Shown piece after piece: positions 38,270 through 50,944 of a stretch of 64,000 bases of DNA. Both the position numbers and the translations under genes were made by a program. Below the pieces are notes generated by a model, which was not told the origin of the DNA, did no database searches, and worked only from the letters and a program-made list of their open reading frames with translations. The DNA comes from Sphagnum compactum. Its lineage: Eukaryota. How positions within the stretch are numbered: position 1 is the first letter of the stretch; every line of letters starts with the position of its first letter. The stretch is from contig OZ234493.1 in assembly GCA_965153455.1 (NCBI GenBank), forward strand, positions 20,326,213 through 20,390,212. Direction: 5' to 3'.

Positions 38270-41200
38270 AATATGGCAAATTCAGATGGCCTCAAGGGAA
38301 AAGGAGTTGATCTTTCACAAGGGCCACCAGAAAGAAAGAGAGATGTTGGGCGGATCCCTGCTGGGATTGAGACACCTTTGGTCCCCGCTGAAAATGCTCC
38401 TTCAAGCTCTGGATGTCACAGCCATGTGGTGCTTCTTCTTGATCTTATCATGAGCTTTCTTTGCACTGTTTTTTCTTGGGCTTTCCCATGTAAAGATGTT
38501 ATGCAGATACCTGCTGCGATTGAGACACCTTTGGTCCCCACTGAAAATGCTCCTTCAAGCTCTGGATGGCACAGCAATGTGGTGCTTCTTCTTGACCTTA
38601 TGATAAGCTTTCTTTGCACAGTTTTTTCTTGGGTTTTCCCAAGTGACATGTTGAAGTTTGATTTTTCTTTGCTTTTTTTATTTTGTTTGGGTGTTGACAA
38701 TTGACCCTTACAACCATGATAACTTATTGTCCTCACAAAGTATCAGGAGAAGGAGGTCTAGTTCAGAGTTGAATTCCCAACCAACAGCTTTGCAACCATA
38801 CCTTTTAGCCACTAGGGTACCCGAACGTCCCCAATCATTTACAAGCTTCCTTGTCATACATTTTTACTTTGGATACTTTCTAGTTTGGTTGTTTACATAA
38901 AAACAATATGAAATGATGTTTAAAACAATACGAAATGGAGTCATCATTATAGCCTCTTACATTAGGCTAGGGACTCATTTGCTATAAGAAGTAGAATTGG
39001 TGAAAGGGAAATTCGTCAAAATTTGGCATTGACTAAGAATATATTGAACTTGTAAGGATTGGAACTTTCATTATAGATTATGAGTTAAGTTCAATGTGTA
39101 GTCTTGATCCAACAACCTAAAACAAATTATTAAAATGCTCTTGGACATTCTTATAAGGTTTGTGTCCCGATTCCTTAGCCATTGGAGGCCTTAGAGGTCC
39201 AAATGTTGGGGAAAATGTCATGAAATGCAAATGAACCAAACTAGATGGCTAAGCAAATCATCGCAAACTTGAAAGAATCCAATTCTTAGCATTAACCTTT
39301 ATTGTTTGGCATACGTTCCACCTACTATCTAACAACATTTACTTATTGAACTATGTTTTGACACTTTGAGGTCTATGACACATGTGAATGATCTTCATTT
39401 GTTAATCATGCAAGATAGATTTGGTATTCTCCAATTCATTTATTATTATGATCGTGTAAATTTAATATTTTCAACTAATTATTACTTTTATCTAACTACT
39501 ATAATTTGTATATTGCATTTTTCTTATTTCATGTATAGTCAAATAATTTCCAAGAGACGTTTGAAGAATTGTGTTGACACTTTTTCATTTTCTTTGCAGA
39601 AATATCCAGTGCATGATTTAAATCCCACTTGCAATTCCAATAATCCAAACTTGACCATCGTTTTTTTTCATGGGATTGTTTTTGGCACAAATGATGAATG
39701 GAAGGAAACATGGACAACACGCCCCACCAACAATAGAAAAGAGTGCATATGTTGGCCAGAAAAGTGGCTACCCGAAGACTTGAACAACAATGTTCGAATT
39801 TTATCATTGTCCTATGATTCTAACATTGTGGCAAGTGTTCACAATGATGTGACTGAAATTGGCAAAAACCTCATTCAAAGTTTGGTTACAAATTCAAGGT
39901 GTGACAATCTCCTCTATTTATGGACACATTAATTACTTCTCCTTGTGTGCAATAAAGATCATTGTTTACATCTTTAGAATTTCTTAAATGTTTTACATGA
40001 GTTAATTGTTCATGTGTGCTAGTATTGTGATACACACCAACAAGTTTCAATTTACTTGAATTGTTAAATTTCATGTAGGAGAACATAAAATGGGTCTTAA
40101 ATGCAAATGTTATTGTTTGAAGATAATAGCAAAGTCTATGTTCATATTATAAGTTCATGGTACAACTAGTTTGGTTTTTATGGCAATTTTTAGTTCGCGT
40201 TTTTTGAAGCTTTATCTTTGGTAATGCAATTGAATTGAATTGAATTGATTAATACATTTGTTGAAACTTTACATCCATTTCATTGCAAAAACCTTATTTT
40301 TTAAAAAAGGTTTTTTTTGTAATTTATATTTTATAAATTTTCAACTATATTTCTAAGGTAACACATAGAAGATGAGTTGTACATTAACACAAGAATGTAA
40401 ACACCTACATACTTGTGCATAATAATTGTTTTATCAAAACATGGTTGTCACATTTTTTAGGTAGATTAATGGAGTCAATAAACGAAATATGACATATGAC
40501 AAGCAAATCAATTATGAACTTATGGCTTAGGTCATGTGTGAATTGAAAAATTGCCCCCAAGTATAATAGGATAAATTTGTACATGCTAATACAATGTTGA
40601 TAATGGAATTTTGGTGCATTGTGGAATATTTTGTAGTTATCAATCCCTTTGGGACGGACCGGTGGCATTAGTTGCTTATAGTTTTGGAGGTCTTGTACTC
40701 AAAAGCTTAGTGGTTGAAGCTCACAAACGTGTATATCAAAGGCCAAAAAATGGTTTGGATGATGAAGTACACAAATGTTGTAAAACATTTTTGAACAATG
40801 TCAAAGGTGTAATATTTTATGGTGTACCACATTTTGGTGGTACCCAATATTTATCAAAATATTTCACTTGGCAATGTCAGCAAATCAACACGTTCAACAA
40901 ATATGCAACCCAACCTAGTTTTTCAAAAAATTTAAAACCTTTCAACCTACAAATGGAGTACCTTTCAAAGGATTTTTAAAATGCCATTCATGCAGACCTC
41001 AACATTTATGCATTTGGTGAAGGATTACCAATTGACAAAAATTCAGTAAGATTTTCATTTCACCACACTAAAAGTTATCCAACTAGGTTCATTAGTTGAA
41101 CATTTTTTGTGTTGTCAAAACTTGTGTGGGATCATGTACTCAATACTTCTGAATATATTAATGTGGTGAATGGGTCATATGTTTTATGAATTTTGTTTCA

Positions 41201-44200
41201 TGAATTACTATTGATGGAAATGAAATTTGATTGATTTCAAACATCAAGAAATAGGTTTAAATTTTCCCTTCATCAAATCAATTCCATATAAATATTTGTA
41301 GGAAAATCATAACATCGTTAAAACATATAAGATTCATGAGATGAAAAACCAATAACTTTGTGATGTATTCATATAAGTTGTTTGCCAAAGGGTTCAAGGA
41401 AATTACTTGTACACAATATTTCATTATTATTCAAACATCAATAGTTATTAAGCTATAGTTTCCACCACCATTTGGCTCATAAGTTAAAACATAAGTGAAC
41501 AAACAAGTCAATGAGTTACATTAATTTAATTTTTTGCACATGCAGGGAATTTTAGTGCCATATGCTTCAGCTATTCAATTGTCAAACAACAACCAATATA
41601 GAATAGAGGATGCTAATCATTTGACAATTTGCAAGCCACCAAACAAGGATCATCCAAGCTATTATTTATTATTACAATGTTTGAAAATATGTATGAAGGT
41701 AAAAACATCAAATTTAAGTCTTTTGATTTCATATGTGTTCATGTAATTTGAAACACATTCAGTCACAGCACATTTGATGTGTTTTGCATATGCAATGTCA
41801 AATATATTGATTATCAAATAAGAAAGATAACATATAAAATGACCTCTATTTTGTGAATTTTAACAGAAAAATATATTGCTTCCACGTTTGCCATGTCATG
41901 AGGTGGCGTTGATTGACAAAGCACGAGACATAAACATCTTGTTACAAAAGCAATCTATTGTTGGTTTGGTTGGAATGGGTGGGATTGGGAAGACCACTTT
42001 GTGTAAAAAATTCTATCATTTGTTCCACAACCAATATGACAAATCTAGTTTTTTGGAGGATGTGAAATCAAAGGACAATATCAATGATGTCATTAAACAA
42101 CTCCTACAGGATTTGTGTGGCAAAAGGTTATGCAAGGATGAAAATGTGAATGAAGACCTTGACAAAATTAGACAATGTATGATATCGAAGAAAGTGTTAG
42201 TGGTGGTGGATGATGTTGGTAAGGCGGAGAACCTTACATCCTTGCAACTTCTTGTTGAAAAGGGTGCCAAGAATGCAACTTCTAAAAGCAGAGTACTTGT
42301 GAATTGTCGAAATTGGCAAATTCTAAAATCTCATGTAAGTGAGGATGGAAAAATGGTCATGAAATCTTTGGAAGAAGAGGAAGCAAGAAAACTTTTTATG
42401 CTCCATGCATTCGGTACTACGAATCATGTTCCAACAAAGGATTTCAAAAATATATGTATGAAGATTATAAAAGCTTGTGGGGGCCTCCCTTTAAGTCTTA
42501 AAGTATTGGGTTCTTTTTTGTGTAATACAAAAGAATTAAAAATGTGGGAAGGTGCATTGAGCAAATTGAAAAGTGGGAAAAGTTTGACAGGGGGCAATGA
42601 TAATGAAGAGCTTTGGAATGTTTTAAAGATTTCTTATGAGGACTTGGATAAAGAAAATCAAAACATGTTTTTGGATATTGCTTGTTTTTTTGGTGGTTTG
42701 AAAATAAGTACAATTTGTCGAGCGTGGAGTGGAGATTATGAACACCCAAAGTTTGAATTACAAAATTTACAACATAGATCTTTAGTTGACTGGGCAGAAA
42801 ATGGAATCTTGTACATACATGAACAATTACGAGACATGGGTCAAAGTATTGCAATGGAACTTCCAATTATGAATCGACTTATATGGAAATCAAATAAGTC
42901 AAATTTATCTTTACGAAAAGATGAAGTTGTCACCATACTATTTCGATCCTATAATTTTATTTTTATTTTTTATGAGTTTTTAAATGTCCAAAACCAAATG
43001 TTTTAATTTTGAATATTAATTTTATAAAAAAAAAATCTAATAAAAATTGGCATTAGGATGATTTTTTAAAAATATTGATAATCCTTTTTGTTTTCATTTC
43101 ATGTGATAGGTGGTGGAAAATTTAGAAGGCATCTCATTGAAAAAATGCGTCAATTTGCCTACATTGTCCCAAATCGGCTCAAAGGGATTTCCCAATCTTA
43201 GGTTGCTTGACCTAACAGAAGCTTCACCAACTATAGTGAAAAATTTCATCCAAGGGCGAAATTTGAATAACGTTAAGTGGTTGTGCCTCAAAAAATGCAT
43301 GATTCAAAAATTACCAAGTAATTTGTTTTATTGTTTACAATTACAAGTACTTGATTTAGCACAATGCCAAAGTTTGGAAGAAATACCTTCATCTATTGGC
43401 GAATTGAATGCACTCCAAGAGCTTGATTTCAATGGATGTTCCGAGTTGAAAGAACTACCTTCATCTATTGGCCAATTGAATGCACTCCAAAACCTTGATT
43501 TGAAATGTTGTTCCGAGTTGAAAGAACTACCTTCATTTATTGGCCAATTGAATGCACTTCAAGAGCTTGATTTGTCAAACTGTTACAACTTGAAAGAACT
43601 ACCTTCATCTATTGGCCAATTGAATGCACTTCAAAAGCTTAATTTATCATGGTGTTCCGAGTTGAAAGAACTACCTTCATCTATTGGCCAATTGAATGCA
43701 CTCCAAAACCTTGATTTGTCAAGGTGTTCCAACTTGAAAGAACTACCTTCATCTATTGGCCAATTGAATGCACTCCAAAACCTTGGTTTGTCACAGTGTT
43801 CCAACTTGAAAGAACTACCTTCATTTATTGGCCAATTGAATGCACTCCAAAACCTTGATTTGTCACGGTGTTCCAACTTGAAAGAACTACCTTCGTCTAT
43901 TGGCCAATTGCATACATTCCAAGAGCTTGATTTGTCAGGGTGTTACAACTTGAAAGAACTACCTTCATCTATTGGCCAATTGAATGCACTCCAAAAGCTT
44001 GATTTGTCAGGGTGTCGCAATTTGAAAGAACTACCTTCATCTATAGGCCAATTGAATAGACTCCAAAACCTTGATTTGTCAACGTGTTACAAGTTGAAAG
44101 AATTACCTTCGTCTATTGGCCAATTGAATGCACTCCAAAACCTTGATTTGAAATGGTGTTCCGAGTTGAAAGAACTACCTTCGTCTATTGGCCAATTGCA

Positions 44201-46674
44201 TACACTCCAAGAGCTTGATTTGTCAGAGTTCTGCAAGTTGAAAGAACTACCTTCATCTATTGGCCAATTGAATGCACTTCAAAAGCTTGATTTGTCAAAG
44301 TGTTGCAACTTGAAAGAACTACTTTCATCTATTGGCCAATTTAATGCACTTCAAAAGCTTAATTTATCATGGTGTTCCATGTTGATAGAACTACCTTCAT
44401 CTATTGGCCAATTGAATGCACTCCAAAACCTTGATTTGTCAGGGTGTTCTAACTTGAAAGAACTACCTTCATCTATTGGCCAATTGAATGCACTCCAAAA
44501 CCTTGATTTGTTAGGGTGTTTCAACTTGAAAGAATTACCTTCATCTATTGGCTAATTGAATGCACTCCAAAACCTTGATTTGTCAGGGTGTTCCAACTTG
44601 AAAGAACTACCTTCATCTATAGGCCAATTGAATGCACTCCAAAACCTTGATTTGAAATGTTGTTCCGAGTTGAAAGAACTACCTTCATCTATTGGCCAAT
44701 TACATACACTCAAAAAGCTTGATTTGTCACGGTGTTGCAACTTGAAAGAACTACTTTCATCTATTGGCCAATTGAATGCACTCCAAAACCTTGATTTGTC
44801 AAGGTGTTCCGAGTTGAAAGAATTACCTTCGTCTATTGGCCAATTGAATGCACTCCAAAAGTTTAACTTGGAAAGGTGTTTTCAGTTGAAAGAACTACCT
44901 TCATCTATTGGCCAATTGAATGCACTTCAAGAGCTTGATTTGTCATGGTGTTACAACTTGAAAGAATTACCTTCATCTATTGGCCAATTGAATGCACTTC
45001 AAAAGCTTAATTTATCATGGTGTTCCGAGTTGAAAGAACTACCTTCATCTATTGGCCAATTGAATGCACTCCAAAACCTTGGTTTGTCAGGGTGTTCCAA
45101 CTTGAAAGAACTACCTTCATCTATTGGCCAATTGAATGCACTCCAAAACCTCGGTTTGTCACGGTGTTCCAACTTGAAAGAACTACCTTCATCTATTGGC
45201 CAATTGAATGCACTCCAAAACCTTGATTTGAAATGGTGTTCCGAGTTGAAAGAACTACCTTCGTCTATTGGCCAATTGCATACATTCCAAGAGCTTGATT
45301 TGTCAGGGTGTTGCAACTTGAAAGAACTACCTTCATCTATTGGCCAATTGAATGCACTCCAAAAGCTTGATTTGTCAGGGTGTTCCAATTTGAAAGAACT
45401 ACCTTCATCTATTGGCCAATTGAATGCACTCCAAAACCTTGATTTGTTAGAGTGTTCCAACTTGAAAGGACTACCTTCATCTATTGGCGAATTGAATGCA
45501 CTCCAAAAGCTTAATTTATCATGGTGTTTCGACTTGAAAGAACTACCTTCATCTATTGACCAATTGAATGCACTCTAAAGCTTAATTTATCATGGTGTTT
45601 CGACTTGAAAGAATTACTTTCATCTATTGGCCAATTGAAGGCACTCCCAATCCTTAATTTGTCAGGGTGTTCTGAGTTGAAAGAACTACCTTCATCTATT
45701 GGCCAATTGAATGCACTCCAAAACCTTGATTTGTTAGGGTGTTGCAAGTTGAAAGAATTACCTTCATCTATTGGCCAATTGGATGCACTCCAAAACCTTG
45801 ATTTATCATTGTGTTCCGAGTTGAAAGAACTACCTTCGTCTATTGGCCAATTGCATACACTCCAAAAGCTTGATTTGTCAGGGTGTTGCACCTTGAAAGA
45901 ACTACCTTCATCTATTGGCCAATTGAATGCACTCCAAAAGCTTGATTTGTCAGGGTGTTCCGAGTTGAAAGAACTACCTTCATCTATTGGCCAATTGAAT
46001 GCACTCCAAAACCTTGATTTGTCAGGGTGTTGCAACTTGAAAGGACTACCTTCATCTATTGACGAATTGAATGCACTCCAAAAGCTTAATTTATCATGGT
46101 GTTTCGACTTGAAAGAACTACCTTCATCTATCGACCAATTGAATGCACTCTAAAGCTTAATTTATCATGGTGTTTCGACTTGAAAGAACTACTTTCATCT
46201 ATTGGCCAATTGAAGGCACTCCCAATCCTTAATTTGTCAGGGTGTTCTGAGTTGAAAGAACTACCTTCATCTATTGGCCAATTGAATGCACTCCAAAACC
46301 TTGATTTGTCAGGGTGTTGCAACTTGAAAGAACTACCTTCATCTATTGGCCAATTGAATGCACTCTAAAACCTTGATTTGAGAGGGTGTTCCGAGTTGAA
46401 AGAATTACCTTCGTCTATTGGCCAATTGAATGTAGTCCAAAAGTTTAATTTGGAAAGGTGTTTCAAGTTGAAAGAACTACCTTCATCTGTTGGCCAATTG
46501 AATGCACTCCAAGACCTTGATTTGAAAGGGTGTTCTGAGTGGAAAGAACTACTTTCATCTATTGGTCAATTGAATGCACTTCAAAAGTTTAATTTGAAAG
46601 GATGGTCGAACTTGAAAGAACTACCTTCATCTATTGACCAATTGAATACACTTCAAAAGTTTGATTTGTATTAG
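38270..46674 (+). pseudogene. Alpha/beta-hydrolase-NB-ARC-LRR immune receptor (HNL), disrupted. Exons: uncertain 5' exon(s) from ~38270, then 39600-39898, 40637-41045, 41546-41698, 41867-42925 and 43110 onward
   Basis: Hydrolase motifs: IVFFHG, WPEKWLPEDL, RILSLSYDS, VAYSFGGLV, FYGVPHFG, DANHLTICK. NB-ARC motifs: GMGGIGKTT, LVVVDDV, CGGLPL, FLDIACF, IHEQLRDMG. 24-aa LRRs follow. Lesions: TAA at 40977, TAA at 44553, frameshifts near 45576 and 46151, TAA at 46366. Confidence 0.92.
38341..38646 (+). repeat. Two tandem copies of a 153-bp (51-codon) unit in the putative first exon of the HNL
   Basis: GATTGAGACACCTTTGGTCCCC recurs 153 bp apart. The unit encodes IPA.IETPLVP.ENAPSSSG.HS.VVLLLDL..SFLCTVFSW.FP. 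Confidence 0.85.
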
Positions 46675-47305
46675 TGTTTCAACTTGAAATAACTAACTTC
46701 ATCTATTGGCGAATCGATGTACTCCAAGAACTTGATTTGTCAAGGTGGGCCAAGTTGAAAGAATTACCTTCATCTATTGGCCAATCAATGTACTCGAAAA
46801 ATTTAATTTGTCAAGGTGTGCCAACTTGAAAGAACTACTTTCATCTATTGGTGAATTGAATGCATTTCAAAAGCTTTATTTATAAAACTTTTCCAACTTG
46901 AAAGCATTGTGAAAAAAGTACATTCATGTATGGGTGAATTGAATGCATTCAAAGTGTTTTATTTGTCAAGGTCTTCCAACTTGAAATAAGTATTTTCATC
47001 TATTGGTCAATTGGGTACATTTCAAAAGTTTCATTTGTCAAAGTATTCTAACTTGAAAAAACCATTTTCATCTATTGGTCATTGAATGCACTTGAAAATT
47101 TTGATTTGTGTGAACGTTTCAACTTGCAAAAATTACTTACATGTACATTGGTCAATTAAATGCAGTCCAAAAGTTTTAGTTGTGTGAGCTTAATTTGTAC
47201 AAGCTTGCAGGAATTACTTACGATTATAGTCTGATTTAATGCATTCAAGGAACTTAATTTGTTAAGGTGTTTCAATTTGAAATAATTACCTTCATCTATT
47301 GCCAA
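43345..47305 (+). repeat. Tandem array of 72-bp LRR-coding units (~47 clear units plus ~8 degenerate 3' units)
   Basis: The near-invariant core TTGAAAGAACTACCTTCATCTATTGGCCAATTGAATGCACTCCAA repeats with a 72-bp period. Confidence 0.97.
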
Positions 47306-48712
47306 GTAAATCACTAATATAAAACCCCTCTTTTTCAACCAACCCACCTTTGACTTGACATTATCTTCGACTATGTTTCAATTGTAAGTTTTTGAATCTT
47401 TAAAAACATTATTCACAATTGCCAAGTAAATTGAGTTGCCTACTCTTTTGGTGGACAAATGAAGGCGAATCCCAACTATTTTGGAGTTCATGGAATATTC
47501 TTAGCACCCCCATGGTCTACAATTAAATTGTAGTTGAATTCTAGTCAAGCATCTCGGGGTGGTGTGTCCTATGTTCAACTATTTTGGTCAATTACAAAAA
47601 ATAGTGATGGATGATAGATCACACATGGATAGATGACATTGAGATTGGGATTAATGTTTTTGTTGCAAGTGCACATCGGGACTATCTTTTGACTATAACC
47701 TACAAGTTGAAAGGCAAAAAATGAATGTTGGGCACTTTTGCATACTATGTCGACACCTCAATTGCAAGTGCTACTTAGTAAGCATGACAACAACCATTGT
47801 GCCATGCTCTATAAACATTGGTATATATGCATGGTTCTAGTTTTAAGAAACAAATATTTATTGAGGTTGTCAAAGCCAACAAACCCATAATGATGAAAAT
47901 ATGTTCCTTCTCTTTGAAAGACCCTAATAATTAGATTTTGAAAACTATCAAGTTAATTGATGATTTGTCGAAAACATTCAAATCCTAAGTTCCATGATAG
48001 ATGGTGGGCAAAAATGATTTAGCTTCCAAAACAACATTATTCACATCAGGATGTGACCTTTCACCCAACTCCTTATTAAAAGAAATTTGGCAGTGAGAAA
48101 AGTTTCAAGGTTTAGGGTCTTAAAACATTTCTACATTTAGATGACAATTATAAATTAGTACAATTTAGATCAAATTGTAAACACCTATGGATTGTGAAAA
48201 GGCCCAACCAAGCTCATTATGTAATGACCCCATTTGTTATATTCAATTCAAAAGAAATTGAAATTAGTAAACATCGTCAACAAGCCCATGAAACAACCAA
48301 ACAATATTGTTGTGATATCAAAAAGGGGAATATGCCAACTTAACAACTTTGGAATGCTTGAGGTTTTATAGAAAGGATTTTGACATATTAAAATAAGAAC
48401 AATGCCTACCAATTTTGTAAGAGCCACCAAAAGTTCGGTGTGTCTATTTTGCATTTGTAGACCATCTGCATTCTTAATGCACAAAAAGATGTGGCTTAGG
48501 GTATGAACTCTTCACTAAACAGCCTAGTTGTTTCTTCTCTGTCAACTTCATTTTTAAAGTCCACAACCTCCTACCAAAGCTTTAAACCCGAGAACAATGC
48601 TTCTTTCCACATAAGGGGCATTAATTTTCAAGTCTTGTGATCAAGTGAAAATCCCATTGAGCATGAGCTTTTGCACATTTGCTTTTTCTCCTTTCGCATG
48701 TGCAGTAATATT

Positions 48713-49395
48713 TGTCACGACCCTAACCTTGGGTTTGTAACCAAGGCAAAGACATGAAAAGGTGCGGGTCGAAAGTGCAACCCAAGAGTCACATTTGCAC
48801 TCCCGGGAGTGTGAGTGAGAATGTGAGGGAATGAACCCACACACTCCCAAGTGGACTCTCACTTTGGGAGTTGGAATCCCTATGGAATCCCGAATTTTCA
48901 AAGAGTGATTTCAAGGGCCAAAATCATTGGATTAAAAATTTCCTTATACCATTGGAAAGTTCTTTAAACTTAAATGTTTAAAATGGGTTCATATGATCCA
49001 TTTGAGTATTTAAAACACAAGTTATGGCCAAAAGAAAGGTCGGGAGTCAAAGTGCCAATTTGACTTCCGACCACTAAAAGTCGGGAATCCCTCTAAAATA
49101 CGTGTGTGCAGGTGGCGTGCCACATATCGTTGGAAAGTTTTTGATGAAAATTATAACTTTTTTTCAGACCTCACATTAATCGAAGGTTTACACAATAAAT
49201 TATCAGCCTCCAAAATGTCGAAGGTCCTAATTTTGAAAATTTCCGGACTTTCAATTCAGGAGCCTAGGAAAAATGACTTTTGAATGCAACCCATGTGGCT
49301 AATCATAGAGAATATTATAATGAGGAAGGTGGTGGCTTTTCGCAAGTTCGGGCCATGGTGAGTCTTGTGAATCCGTGTATGCTCGTGATTCGTAC
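48713..49395. mobile_element. Probable truncated LTR or interspersed repeat fragment
   Basis: Starts abruptly with TGTCACGACCCTAACCTTGGG and is a non-coding block more GC-rich than its flanks. It resembles LTR-derived repeats I recall from moss genomes, but there is no partner copy or TSD in the window. Confidence 0.45.
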
Positions 49396-50944
49396 AAAAA
49401 GGACAGACAATAATAAGTTCACAATTTGTGTAGGAATGCCAACCTTCAAAAGACTTTTAGCAGAATGTAGTATTAAGCCAAAAATTAAACCACAAAAAAT
49501 GAAAACCTTGCACAACTATAAGTTGTCTCATTCATAAGTGCACAAACACCTTAATTTTATTAACTAAAAGATACACAATAAAAGAGCCAAAGATGGGGGC
49601 AAGGTGACCCATTGTTAGGTTGGAGTTGGTAACTAATCTTGCTTACCAAATGAGAGTCTAAACAGGCTATGCAAGATATCACAAATATAAAAGACACAAA
49701 GAAACAAAATAGACACATAGGGAGAGAAAGACCTTGCACCCTATAGAAGGGAAGTACATAACTAGGGGCAGCCCATCACCATGGATTAGAATTGGGGGAA
49801 GACTACAAAATAAAGTATCAGGTCAAACTCAAATGATACGAAGTTGCTAAATTTGGGAAGTAGTTTCTAGACGACTAGTAGGTCATCGAAGCCCCTTGAG
49901 TTAGGTGGAGACATTGGACAACCTTGTTTAGCCGACTGTTTATGTTTCTCCTTTTGCTTCATTCCAAGCTCCTGTTCACGCTCCTCTTTCCACAACCTTT
50001 GATGTTGACTAGAATTCATACTACGGCTTGGTAGCGGTTATTGTGTACCATTAATAAGATTTTTCGATTCATTCAACCTCGTTGACGAAATTTCCAAAAG
50101 AGAGGAACAATTGACACTGGGAGAAGGTGCTTTAGTTCCATTGGGTTTCCCAAAACTCACGCTCATCTCACTCTTTTGGTTGCTAATTCCAATTGACCTT
50201 CCACTGAGATTGCCCAATGATTTGCTGGGGTTGTGCGTTTGTTGTTTCACAATAATAGGGTTCAAAGCTCCAATAAAACTCTCTGCAGGCCTAGTTGATG
50301 CATGAATTTTTGAACTTTTCATTGAGGTTTCATAAAGTTCCTCATGGAGTGGTGTCTGGAGCCTTTTGAACTCCAAAGCCTTTTCATCCAAGAAGGCATG
50401 AATCTTGGATTTTTTCAGTTCATCTTCCTCCTACTGTTGTAGAAACCATCCCCTTTCCCCAAGACTATGTTGACATTATGGGGTCCCAATGTTTGCATAA
50501 TCTCCATTAACAACAAGTCTTCCTATAGAAATCCCTCCATTCGCCATCAGATTAAGCCTCCAGTTGTTGCCATCCACAAATGATGGCTCTATCATCGGGT
50601 TATAGCTTTCATTCCAAGTATCATGTTGGATAGAATCGAACCTTACAAAGTCCATTTTTTGGAAGGAAATATAATTCAACCTTTCGTAGTATGTTGAAAG
50701 TTACATAAGCAAAAAATTGGGCATTAAGATTAGTTTGGACACTTGCCTTCACTAGTATTAGTACTATGTTGTCCTTTGACAACTTGAATTACTTGACATT
50801 GGTACCGAATGTTGCAAAATATCAGAGACTGCATTTTGCCCCAAACTATTACCTGCAACCTCCATCACAAGCAAGTGCATAAGGGAAAAAAGACTAAAGT
50901 AAGGACTATGTCCTTTTTGTCCCAAGTGGTATACTTTAAAAGAT

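Noticed and set aside
43631-46322. Repetitive antisense ORFs (RFWSAFNWPIDEGSSF...)
   Set aside because: They are shadows of the 72-bp LRR repeat on the opposite strand, with no independent evidence of coding.
43345-47305. CRISPR-like look: a constant, partly palindromic repeat alternating with variable segments
   Set aside because: The period is exactly 24 codons, the variable parts are homologous LRR residues rather than unique spacers, the context is eukaryotic and there are no cas genes.
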